A stretch of 64,000 bases of DNA from the human T2T-CHM13v2.0 reference genome, Homo sapiens, in NCBI RefSeq assembly GCF_009914755.1, contig NC_060939.1; one strand, 5' to 3'. Each line of letters opens with the position of its first letter. Within the stretch, counting starts at the first letter, position 1. The translations under genes and the position numbers were made by a program. Below, in pieces: positions 1 through 12,941 of this stretch. The notes under the pieces were generated by a model that did no database searches, had not been told where the DNA came from, and was given only the letters and a program-made list of their open reading frames with translations.

Positions 1-116
1 CTTGGCAGAAGCACTTGGCCACCAGACAGCATGTCCTGTCAACCTACAGAGTTCTTAAAAACAAACACTGGGACCCAGAATAGTACCCTGTGGTTATAGT
101 GCCCACAGTTCACTAA

Positions 117-1334
117 GCACCCTCACAGGTCTTTGACAGAACACTGACTGCCAGGTCACCTGGTGGGCAGAGAAATGGAAGATTCCCAGGCCCAACTAGC
201 ATCTCAGGGAAGAACCACAAGCAGAGCAACTTTCAGAGCTGGTCGGCCAGCGTTGGCACCCAGGGAAGCAAGTGCTATTCCATATTTGGAGAGAACATAA
301 AACTCAAGGAAATAGAGAAGTCCTACTCAATACCGTTCTCAACTGAAAACAAGAGAACTTGCAAAAAAGAAACCCAGTTTTCTGGAGTCCATGGAGAAAT
401 ATGAAGCCAATGCTCGGCTAACAGAGCAGAAAGCCTTTTATAAATAATGCCAGTCAAAGCTCCAAAGGTCAGAGCTGATGCATGCCGGATTGTTCTGACA
501 ATTTCTTAGGTTTCTAGGCAACAAGGAGCTGGTCAAACAGCTCACCTCCAAGGACATACTTTATAATACCACCCTGGTAGACGAGAGCGAGGCAGCAGTG
601 AAGGCAATAGTCAAGAACAGGAGAGGGAGGTAAAGAACAAGATGCTCTTCAGACAGTCTGGACAAAGACAGTCCCTACCCAGCTCTCAGGAGTTGCCTCC
701 TTAAGAAGGTGGAGGCCCAGGCAGCTCCCAGGGTGACCCTAAAGACAGACTCCAAGGAAAAGGGTGTGAGGGCAATGGTGAATATAAGGAGGTCCCCTTT
801 CAGTAGGCAGAGCAAGTCAGTTCAGGTCTTATTTTTAGAGTCTCTGAACAGTGAAGAGAAGCTTTCTGTGGACAGCATTCCACCACCATGGGAGGGGAAA
901 GGTGCCATGAGAGACTTCTCCAGTGGGGCATACAAGCATTGTGCAGTGATCCCCAAGATCCAGCCACTGGCAGGAAATCGAAAGGCAAGCTTCTTAAATA
1001 CATAGTATATGGAGACAGAAGTGTGGAGCACTCCCAAAATGAAAGGCCAAGACCCAGGAACAACCTCCACAACCTGGAGTATATACAAATGAACCCAGCC
1101 CTGCTGACTCAGATCCACACCATCCTAAAGCAGGGGTTTCTCATGAATGAAAGGGCTAAGTATTTGGTGGAGAGAATGAGAAGTCTCCCACTGCCCACAC
1201 ATTTTTTCTTCAGAGATTTCTTTTCCAAGAGCCCCTTGAATAAAGGAAGGGAGGGAGCACTGAATGCCCCAGAAATCAGAATGCATGGTGCGGGAAGACG
1301 ACAGGAAATAGTTCTCAAAGAGATCAGAAAATAA
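117..1334 (+). pseudogene. Putative decayed coding exon or retrocopy of an unidentified protein
   Basis: Overlapping long stop-poor frames (117-401, 313-1002, 888-1331), purine-rich, no repeat recognised. Confidence 0.3.
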
Positions 1335-3087
1335 ATTGGAAGCAATTTCATTACCACAAAGAACAGACATTTTTTCTAAGGCACCCCTCCCCTTTCCACC
1401 CAATTGTCATTCAGCAACTACTGAATACTTACCAATGAAAAACGTTACCCCTGACCTCAAGGCTGCTCCTGAGCTCTGGTAGAAAATGCTTTCCTTGTCT
1501 ATAAAACATGGCAAGCAAGGCAGGATTTAACAGTAAGGGCACAGTAGCACTGCAAGCCTTCAAATGGAAACCTGGAGACAAGCAGTGAGAACAGGAAGCA
1601 AAAGCAGGGCAGGTGAAGCTAGGACCAGGGCATCTGGAACTTTCCACACAGGTTGGATCTCCATGCCAGACAACAGTTTTCAAGGAAAAATATCTAAGAG
1701 GAACATGACTTTGGGAAACTTTTTGGCAGTACTGCTTACTGTATACTAGAGAGTAAAAGAATTTGGGGAACATTCACCAATTTGCTTCTTCAGGGGCTTG
1801 GGTAGGGAACGTGAACAGGAACCTGGCTCTAATTTCTGAACTTTTTTATCAGTAAAAACAATCCAACAAACGAAAGCTAGTCAGTGAGAGAACTGGGAGG
1901 GTCTGCCCTCCTTCCCTGAGTCAAGCCTTCTGGGGGGACCTCCTGACATTTAATTAAGCAAAGACAACGCCCACTGAAGGAAGCTGACCTGAAAGTGACA
2001 CGCTACTGTGAAATGAGCATGAAGTGGGAGCTTGTTACATATATGAAATGGCCAGCGATCCTGAGCAAAGCGCTTCAGAGCTTGAGACCTAAGTCTTCTC
2101 ATCTATATACTGAGGGCTGGACAAGATGATCTGTCAAGCCATTTTTATCCCTAATCCACCAAAATCCAATGCTTTAGTTTATTGTCACAAAAGCAGGTAT
2201 CGAATGGCTATCCTGCAGTGCCTCCAATCAACATTCAGACTTTTTCCCTGAGGCAATATAAGATAACAGTTAACATGTTTTTATCAATTAGGTGGTCATG
2301 AGATAAATATATATGGGAAGTGGTAGTTTTTCACTTAAATGCATATAATAATGGTACAGCTCTCTTTGAATAGTATTTGTTTATTTCTTAAATATTTAAG
2401 TTCCTAAAGACGGTAAGAATAACCCAAGGAAGTGAAATCAATGTCACAAAGCACATGGCTAAATAACTGCAGGTTTGCAGTGCCATGTGTGAGATCAGAT
2501 GACAGAAGGGAGAACTACCTTTAGGCAGAGGCTTCTCATGTCCCCTGGAGTGGCCATGTGCTGTTCTACATGACTACTTCCACTTTGGTTATGTAGAAGC
2601 TATTTAAAGCACACAGATGTTTGTGATGAGAAAAAAGCCACCCTTAATTGAATAATGGAAATTATAAGCATGATTTGAGGGTGGGGGTGGAGGTGGGAGT
2701 AGAGATGGGTAGAAAGGAGTGCAATGGAAACAAAGGAGCCTTCATAAAATTCAAGTCACTTCTTAGGATAACGTGATTGATTTACTCACCACCTTCTTAG
2801 GAACATAAAGCAAACAAGTGGGTTTTCCTTTTACTGCTTTTCTGAAATGAGCTACACTCAAGAAAGCAGCACGGGGGTTGTGCTGTCCCTGCACAGTGGC
2901 AGGAGAGTATGAGGAGCAGGTGAATGCCACAACAGCTCCATCCAAGATCATTTTTCACATGCAGGAACCATTCTTATACTACCCTTTACTGGTAATTTCT
3001 GTAGAAATCTGGAAGTCTGGTTGACACCCTCCTGTACAGTGTGCAGTGAATCAACATCATTTCCCTTGGACTTTGCAATCACGGTGG

Positions 3088-3240
3088 CATTCATACATTC
3101 ATTCAACAAGTATGTATGTACAGGACAGTGGAGTAAAGAAAACAGATAGTTCTTACTCTCATGAGGCTTAAAATTTCAGGAGGGAACTAGGCAGTCATGA
3201 AGTAAACATAAAAACACAGATTGTAATAGGCACTAGAGAA
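3088..3240 (-). mobile_element. L2 3'-end fragment
   Basis: cattcattcaacaagtat tail and ctctcatgaggctta motif typical of L2 3' ends. Confidence 0.5.
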
Positions 3241-3753
3241 TAATGAAGACTTTGGGGAACACAATTTAAATTGGAAAAATATCTCAGTTCCGTTAACACA
3301 TGTTGAAGGGGAATAGCATTGTTTTGCTGGATTTGGGGCCTGGATGCAAGCATGTTGGGTATGCATTGTAGGGTAATGCATTTCCTTCCATTTGGGCCCA
3401 AGTGTATATTTACCACCCAGTTGTGATGAGCTGGGATCCTCCTGCTCAATCTCAGCTTGAAGCACTTGGAGGTTATCTGCCTGCTGTGGGTGATTATTTT
3501 GGAGCAAGGTACTTCATTTGCCTCAAGAAACAGATTTGATACCACTACTGTGCCCTTTTGGAACAGAGAAGTAGGCAAGACCCCAGTGTGAGGCAGAGTG
3601 ATGGGATCTTTAGGGACATAATTGATGATGTAACTGATGATGATTTTGGAGTTTATACATTTCCAAAGTTTCAAAATATTTTCACTTGGTTGATTTATCT
3701 TTATGGTGATGACACTAAGTAGATATATGCCCTTCTTAAAAGTTACAGTAAGA

Positions 3754-4106
<353 letters not shown>

Positions 4107-4189
4107 TTATGCAAAGACACAGTAGGGAGGAGGATGGGAAGTTTCTGAGACACCCCAGTAACTGCATGGGTCCACAAAGCACATGTACA

Positions 4190-5260
4190 GTCTGCTCTAT
4201 GCACTGCAGGTACAGCCACGAATAAGACAAAGTCTCTGCCCTCATGGAGCTTGGTGTCTGTCTACTGGAGCAGACAAAAACAAACCTGCTTTTTCTCATT
4301 TGCCTCTACTGTGGGTTCCGTGTATAACTCTCAAATGCTAGCATTTCCATGCATTCCATCCTTGTCCTTCTCTCCTCTCTGCCTTTTCCAGGATAATTTT
4401 CCTAGCCACAGGTTCAGCTATGGTCTATGTGCTGGAGTCATACATTTTTATCTTCTGTGTACGTTTTTCTCTAGACCCATATTTTTAATTGCCTTAGGAC
4501 AGCTCTCCCTGGATATCCCTCAGACACAACTAAAACATCATTCAGTTGTACTATTAATAATTTTCCCTTCAAAATCCACTCCTCTTCTCTATAGACCTAA
4601 CAGCAACACTGTCCGTCCAGCTCTCAAAACCTGAAATGTGGGAGTTGTCTTTGACTCTTATCTTTCCCATGCATGAGCACTGAATCAATCAGAGTCCCTA
4701 GCATGTCTTGGACTGTGGCCTCCCTTCTATCTTCAGATTATCTGCCTTTTTAGAATTATGGCAATAACTTAACTGCAAAGACCACATGTGCACTTGTGCT
4801 CTTTCAGTTTGTAATAAATATAAAATGAAAAGTGATTATGTCTTTGCTTAACGTCTGCAAAATAAAAGTCCAAAGTCCTTGGTATGGTCTATAAGGCCCT
4901 CATTATCTGACCTGCCTGCCTTCCCAATCTCATCTTAATCCCTTACAGCCTGACACTCAGACATACTAGACTTTCCACCTAACTCACTCACATACACCTA
5001 TCCTGTATGTCAAGATTCGGCTTGACCTTCATCACCTACCTATCTGCAGTATTTTTGGATCTGAATTCTCTGCCCACATTGTACTTTCACATACTTCTTT
5101 TACCCTTAGTGGTTTGTACTTATGCCTGGTCTAACTAGATTGTCTCCCTGTAACAGACTTCTTGATTCAACAAAGCAGCTCTGAATCAGCCTGAAACCTA
5201 TGGCACACTGCAAAATGGCAAACATTCAATAGGTATTTGCCCAGTAAATGTTAATGAAAG
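4190..5260. mobile_element. Degenerate L2 fragments
   Basis: ctgccctcatggagctt and ttcaataggtatttg...aatgaa motifs; boundaries approximate. Confidence 0.45.
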
Positions 5261-6249
5261 GAAAAAAATTCAAACTTCAGTTGGAATAGGATTAGAGACA
5301 AGTTAAAAAAAAGTTTCCCATAGAAATCTTCCTCATCGTAAATATCATCATCCTAAATGTCCCGAGTCTTTCCATGGGTCTAATTTACCAAATCATGAAG
5401 ACTCTGTTTCTCACTGTGTATGTGTAGTGGGAGAGGCAGAGACAGAACGGTTTTTTTTTTTTTTTTTTTTTTTTTTTTGCAAGTCTGCTCTCTGGATTCG
5501 TTTTTCTGGGGATGAAATCTCAGGCTATGTAGCTTTTCTGGTCCCTTTTTGGTAATCAACAAATCATCAGTTTCTCTAGGTATTAAAAAGCCTACACTTT
5601 TGAAACACCAAGAGGCCAAACTCTCTCTTAATTGAAAACATAATTCTGCCTCTTACTGAGGTCTTTGGGTGGGAAGCTTAAAGACAGCAGTGTTGGGGCA
5701 ATTGGTTTTTCTTTTCCTCCCTCCACCTTCTTTCCCATTCAAGAGCTGTTGCTGCCCTTTCTGGAGGGGAGGGAATTAGAAAAAAAGATCCTGCCTTACC
5801 CAGTCACTGTTAATTATTACTTTGAGCCAGGGTGGGGAATGACTTTCTTTCCTGGAATACACCCTGCTGGAAACCACAGCTGAGATTCTCTAAGCTGGCA
5901 GCTTCCAACCTCTCCTCCCTCAACAGCTTCAACATTATATGGCACTCAGCTGCAGGGTGCCTGGCTCCAGGCCGGCAGTCCATTTGTGCAGGGTAGTTTT
6001 CAAGATGGCTCATAGCCCATCTCTTTCAGTGACCAGCGTGGCCTATGGGAAACATACATCTTGACTCCATTATTGGTAGGAGTACTCTTTAGTTAACTGC
6101 CACAGGCCAGTTCAGACACGTCTTACCCTGAGAGCCTTTTCAGAGTCAGGTACCATCCCTGTGTCCCCCAGCATCTGAAGATCACAGGTGAAGGTCTCCA
6201 AGTAGTTCACTTAAAAAATACCTCAGTAGGTTTAAGAACAGGGAAAGCT

Positions 6250-7520
6250 CCCAATTCATTCTGTCAGGAGTATGACTCTCATCCCCAAACTGGACAGATA
6301 TATAATATGAAAACTACAGACCAATATTCCTTATGAATATAGATGCAAACATTCTAAACAAAATACTAGCAAACCAAATCCAGCAGCATAGAACAAGGTT
6401 TATGTAGCATGGACAACTGAGATTATCCCAGGAATGCAAAGTTAATTCAATTACAAAAGTCCATTAATACAACATATTAATAAAGGACAAAACAACATGA
6501 AAATCTTGATACAGAAGAAGCATTTAACAAAACCCACAGCCCCTCCTTTTTTTTTTTTGATTAAAAAACACTCAGTAAACTAGGTTTAATAAAAGAATTT
6601 CCTCAACTTGAAGCAAACCCACAGCTAGCTAACATCATACTCAATGGTGAAAGACTGAATGCTTTCCCCTTAAAATCAGGAACAAGAAAAAGATGTCTGC
6701 TCTTGTCACTTCTATCCAATATTGTACTGGAGGTGCTAGCCAGCACACTAAGGCAAGAAAATGAAATAATAGGAATCTAGACTGGAAAGGAAGAAGTAAA
6801 AGTATTTCTGTTCACAGATGCATGATCTCATATGCAAAAAATACTAAGTGACAAAAAAAGAATTTTAGAAAAGCTACAATATACAAAATCAATATACAAA
6901 AATTAATTTTATTTCTAACACCAGTGATGAATACAAAAATAAAAATTAGAAAATAATCATATAATTAAAGTGGCATCAGTAAAATACTTAGAAAAAAATT
7001 AAAGACGTCAAGACTTGCACACTGAAATCTCTAAAACATCACTGAAATAAAGACCTAAGCAAATGCAAAGACATCCCACAGTCATGGAACAGAAAACCTA
7101 ACACCATTAAAATAGCAGTTATTTCTCAAATTTATCTACCAATTCAACTAAATCCCTATCAAGATCCCAGCTGTTTTGCAGGAATTGACACAATGATCAT
7201 ATAAAAATTCATATGCAATGCAAGGGACCCAAAACAGACAAAATGATTTTGGGGAAAAAAAAAAAAAAATGGAGGACTTGCACATCCCAAATCTAAACTT
7301 ACTACCAAGCTACAGCAATCAAGACAGTGCGGTGCTGGTATAACGATAGACATATAGGGCAATGGAGTAAGACTGAGAATCCAGAAAGTCTTATATTTAT
7401 GGTCAACTGTTCTTTGACAAGGGTACCAGGACCATTCATGGGGAAATAATAGTCTTTTCAACAACTGGTGCTTGGGCAGATGGATATACAGATACCAATG
7501 CACTTATGCAAAAAATGGAT
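6250..7520 (+). mobile_element. Old L1 (L1M) ORF2 fragment
   Basis: aaactacagaccaatattccttatgaatatagatgcaaac, caatggtgaaagactgaatgctttcccc etc. Confidence 0.9.
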
Positions 7521-9889
7521 GAAATAGGAAACTTCACTACATTCTACTGCATGCTCGGTCATTTTCAATCATTTAGGTGGCAACACTGACAAGATAACAG
7601 AAAGATGGAGGTAATAACATGTGAAAGGCAAAATGGTTTTTTTTTTTTTTTAAAAATGACAGTCTCTATCATGAATTTACTTACACTCCAGGCAAAGGTT
7701 ATTAGAAGAAAAAAAGATGTAAGAAAATTCCTTAACTGAAATGTGGAAAGAGTATCAAGAGGAGACCCTAAGACACTCTGTAAGAATCCCAGTGACTCCT
7801 CACTGTTCAACTAAGAAATGTACCCCATTATGCTGTGCTACCACGGAAGCATTGGAGGCACTTTGGGGGTTGATGAAGTCTTCATGGATGAGGTACTTTA
7901 AATATCTGGTCATGAAGAGTATTTGAGAAATATGACAAGTGAAGATGCTGGGTAGGAATGCAGCGAGAAAAGTGTGTAACACAAGGCCAAACTGGAAAGG
8001 TCAGTGAGGGGGCAATCTGTGGAGGCACTGAATGCAGAGGATATTAAAATTAGCAAGATAGTGTTCTAGCACAATGAAAAGGATTGGAAGAGGGAGATGA
8101 GAGTCAGGGAGTGAAATTAGGCAGCTGCTAAGAATGTCCGGGTGAGTCAGAGGATCAGGACCTGTAAGGGCAGTATAAAGAAGGAAGGAATGATGGGAGA
8201 GGTTTAGGGGGAAAGAAGTGACAACCTGTGACAATTGAGGAATGAGAGATTTTGATGATTGGGGTGAAGGTTACATTTCTTAAAAAGAAACAAAGAATGG
8301 TCGGTCGATAGAGATGCAAGATGAAGAATTTTGTTTTTAGGACTACTGACTATGAGGTAACAAAGAAATCCCAGAGACAGAGGTCTGAGCAAAAGATATG
8401 GGATTGGGGAAGAATCTTTGGGAGTGACTGAGGTTGACTAGAGGGAACTGGGCAAGAACAGGTAAGGACTTTAAGCAGAATTGGAGGAGTATCCATCTAA
8501 AATCTGGGTAAACTGGGATGGAAAAACAAGTAGCCAGAGAAGCAACAGCCCAAGCTAGGGTGTTGTCAAGGTTATAGATGTTACTGATTTTGGCAATGAG
8601 GAGATTATAAGGATCCTTGAAGACTGTACTTTCGGTGAAACTACCATGCATTAGTAGCCTTTCACAGTGATATCTACCCCACACCTGCATCAAAATCTTG
8701 CAGTGCCTATTAACAAATGCCAACCCACTAACGGGGAGGGGAGAAAAGACTTGGGACTCTGTACTTGTAAAACCCTCTACCCTCCCCAGGCAATTCTTTA
8801 CACACTAACACTGTTGAGGTAAAAGGAGACAAGTGAGGGAGCAAATGGAAGGTGTGTTTTTGGATTATACAGTGGCTCATGGAAGGGTGGGAGGGGTACA
8901 GATGGCCCTTAGACACTGGCGGCAAGTCAGAGAAAAAAAATTACAGTAAGCAGGTAAAGGGATCAAGACTACACAGGGACTAGTCTTGGGACGACATTTC
9001 TTCCTCTGACAGTTTGTATGGAATTCTTGAGAAAAATTCCTCGAAGGGGCCTGAAATCTCAGAATGGTCATGTTTTTAATGGGAATAGGGAGTGATGCTG
9101 CCCCATTACAACCATCTGTTCAAACAGAATGTCTGTACCGAGGAGGGATGAGTAACATCAGCAAGTTCTGTTCGAAGCCTTTTTCAAGTTTCTTTTTGAT
9201 ATGTATCTATCTATCTATCATCTCCCTATACAAGCAAGCATCCCCAAAAGTAGTTGTCTCAGGAAACCAGGGTTAGGATGACCAGCTCATTTGCTGGAGC
9301 TGCCAAGGTCCAGAAAAGTTTGGCTGCAGGCTGTTTTCATGTTTTATGTATGTTTGAAATGTTCTATAATAATAAAAGGTTAAAAAAGTTTACATTTATT
9401 TGGAAAACCAGTTACTTTAGTTTATGGTTCCTTTTTTTCCCTCCAGAGCTTCCTGGAGATTGAGGTCTAATTCAAAGAAAACCAAAATATATAATAGAGT
9501 ACCTGGGCAAAAAAAGTACTTTTATAACATAACATTTGGGGTAGAGGAAGTATCCACTGTAGTCAAAATGTCTATGTTTTGCTCTTCCTTATTGTTCAGG
9601 GACATTCCATTAAATAGTAATGAAAAGGCAGCAAAAGTAAGAGGAGTGACAACATGCCCGGCATAATTAAGCAAGCCAGAGCAGCTATTCTGTGCAACCG
9701 ACGATTTTTTTTCTCTAAAATTTTAAGGGTAGGTTCATTCTGACTCTGTTAAAAGTCTACTTGATGTGAACAACTCTATATCTGATAACCTATTTCAATT
9801 ACCACTTTAAAACTTGTCATATGGATACGTTATTACAATTGTAGAACTTTAATAAATACCATAATAATAAAACTTGAGAACTGAAGAGC

Positions 9890-11784
9890 ACACATTTCTT
9901 CACGAATTTATTATATAAAACGCCCTCAGAGTATTTAATTTCTCCTCACTTTAATTACACATTAAGAAGCACAGTGGATGAGAAGCCTTTAAGATGACTA
10001 CAGTTGCACGAAGGTCCCTTTCATCAAGGTAGCGTATGTACCCTAACAGTGTTCTAAAGGCTGGCCCAGAAAAACCCCATGTTACCTTATCACAATATGG
10101 AAAGCATTGTCTTCTTTTTCCACTAAATTAAATTATGGTGAAAAGTGCCACAGTTTTATTTAGCATTATGGTACATAACAAACAGTTCTGTCTCAATTAT
10201 GAAAAAAATTAATTAAAATAATCCTGAAAGACATCCTTTTTCTCCCCCCAATGATTTGAAAGCTGCATTTTTCCTGCCAATTTCAAACAAACAAATCATC
10301 AGGTTGATCTACAGTAATCAGTTAAAACAATCAGTCAATCAATCAATCAATCACCAAGGCACAAGCTCAGCACATTAGCTATAGCTTGTAGCAAAAGGAT
10401 ATATCAATGTCTCACCTTAGTTAAAAATACATAATCCTTTTATTTTATAATGCAATAAAAGAAATTAACAACATCACATACACAGAAGACTAGGAAAGGG
10501 GAAACTACTTACTTCTGGAAATCAGTAATGTAAACCTACTTGTACTTTTCCATAGTACATGAAAGTAACGTTTAACATGTTTTGAATTAATTAATTAAAT
10601 TTAATCTGTGGGGCTATACAATGTAATTCTTAGGAGTAATAGTTTCATTCATTTCCAGGTCAGCTTACTGTATGATTAAGTAACACAAGGCACAGTAGCC
10701 ATCTTTTTCATTATGTTGCAACACTGATCACGTGCCTCGATAAAATGGCTGATTCAACAAGATGATGGCAACACGAAGGGGAGACTTTGGATTGTCTATT
10801 TAAAATCTAGGTAATAAGTAAGTAATTAATAAAAACTCTATCTTAAGTGCACTTTCACATGCTTTTTGTTTATAATAAACAAACAACAAACTTCCTAACT
10901 TTGTTGCAATAGGCTTGACTACCATTTCATTTGGCCAAATGCACTTTCCCCAGTAAACTTAAAACAACAACGAGAACAACAAGAACAAAAATCCCTGTCC
11001 TTTCATATACTAAGAAAGAGGATTGGCTACTGAAACAGTTCATTGCAAGACACATGAAGACGACATACTGTGGCATGAGTTGTTTTTGTTTTTAATTTGT
11101 TGTGCTGTTACTAAAGTTCTGAGGGCTGCAGTTAAAACATTCCAATTTCTCCCTTCCTTCCATCTTTCTTTATTGATTGATTCTCAAGATTTTGCACAGA
11201 AAACTCTTTGGGGGCTAGAACAGCAGTAATTGCATCACACTGTTTTCAAGACTTCAAGTTTCAAAAGCAAATCATTAAAAAAAATACAGTTCCTGATTTG
11301 AGTTAGATACAGGGACAAAAAAGTAGCACATACTTGAAGGTTACGTGGTCTACAAATGGTGGCAATATTTTCCTTGGGAGAGTAGTTCTGTTGGTATATA
11401 TTTTTTAAATACTCAAAAGGCTCAACCTCAAGCAGTAATAAACACAAGCAAAAGTGATTTAACCCTTAAAATAAATATTCAGAAAAACCTCTCTGTACAT
11501 ACAAGTGAAAGAATATGTAACACTTTCACGCAAAAAAATAATTATAATAATAATAAAGGATTTGTTCATATATGTAGCTGAAATCTGCTGTTCCAGCCCA
11601 CATGTCCCCAATAAAGAAGGGAGGCACAGACATAGGTGACTACTGTGGTTGACTATCTTACAGCCTTTTTGTACTGGGACACTATCACCACCAAAAATTT
11701 ATCCCTCGTTATATTTTTAAAATTTTTTAAATTTTTTCTTTTTTTTTCCTTCCTTTTTTTTGTTTTATTTTGTTTTGTTTTGTT
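9890..11784 (-). other. UBE3A: UBE3A 3'UTR (to main poly(A) site; longer forms possible)
   Basis: AU-rich sequence with no recognised interspersed repeat between the stop codon and AATAAA at 9907-9912; 3' end approximate. Confidence 0.75.
9907..9912 (-). terminator. UBE3A poly(A) signal
   Basis: Minus strand AATAAA-TTCGTGAAGAAA-TGTGTGCTCTT...GTTTTATT: hexamer followed by GU/U-rich downstream element. Other hexamers at 10155, 10439, 11169, 11764. Confidence 0.7.
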
Positions 11785-11976
<192 letters not shown>

Positions 11977-12731
11977 CTATTTTTAGATTGTATATAGTTG
12001 AGACGGTCTGCAATGCAAACTATACATTAATGCAAATCATAAACTTTTTGTTGTGTGACTACCAAGTTGCCTTTATCCTATAAATTACTCAAAGCTAGTG
12101 ACGATGATAAGATACTGTATCCATTGAGTTTTTACTACATAACAGATACCATTTTAGGTACTGAATTCTTACAGTTCATTTAACTAAATCTTTCCACAAC
12201 AAAACCACAGAGAGGACATCAGTAAATGCACTTTAGAGGTTAGGTCACTGAGAAGTCAAGTAACTTCCTCTAAGGTGGAGAAAATACTCAAACCTGTTTT
12301 ACAAGACTGCAAAGTGTGTGCTCTTAAATGCTTATTAGAAACACTGCTGGCAATATGACTAAGAAAATGATTTGATAACAGGATTCTAGCACAATCAAAT
12401 GATAATCTTCCGAGCCTCAATGTAACCATTCTAAATAGATGATCATGTTATATGGCTTTCAATTAACAAGCTGGGAATCAAAAAAGTAAATGAATCACAC
12501 TAATTTGATTCCAAACCAATGTGAGCCCCATAATAATTTTTAACTAGGGCAATTTCTTAAAAGTTTCCTCACACAATGACAGCAAAGTATTTTCTCAATT
12601 GTCTAATATGATTTGGGGATTTGTATATAAAATCACGAATGTGCTCAGAAACTATAAAGACAGTTCATATGTATGTGACGAGGAATGCAAGGTTTTCGGT
12701 AGGTATACAGTCACAAGTTAATAATTACCTA

Positions 12732-12941
<210 letters not shown>

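Noticed and set aside
270-620. Faint cyclic-nucleotide-binding-domain resemblance (SIFGE; KPSFLESMEKY..EQKA), tempting because CNGA3 neighbours UBE3A in non-eutherians
   Set aside because: Motifs fall in different frames with wrong spacing, and the rest does not resemble a CNG channel; a tblastn with CNGA3 would be needed.
2678-2710. Possible G-quadruplex
   Set aside because: Requires a 9-nt loop and has no supporting context.
11750-11784. AATAAA 16 nt after the UBE3A stop codon
   Set aside because: Embedded in a (CAAAA)n/A-rich tract; apparent 3' ends here would likely be internal priming.
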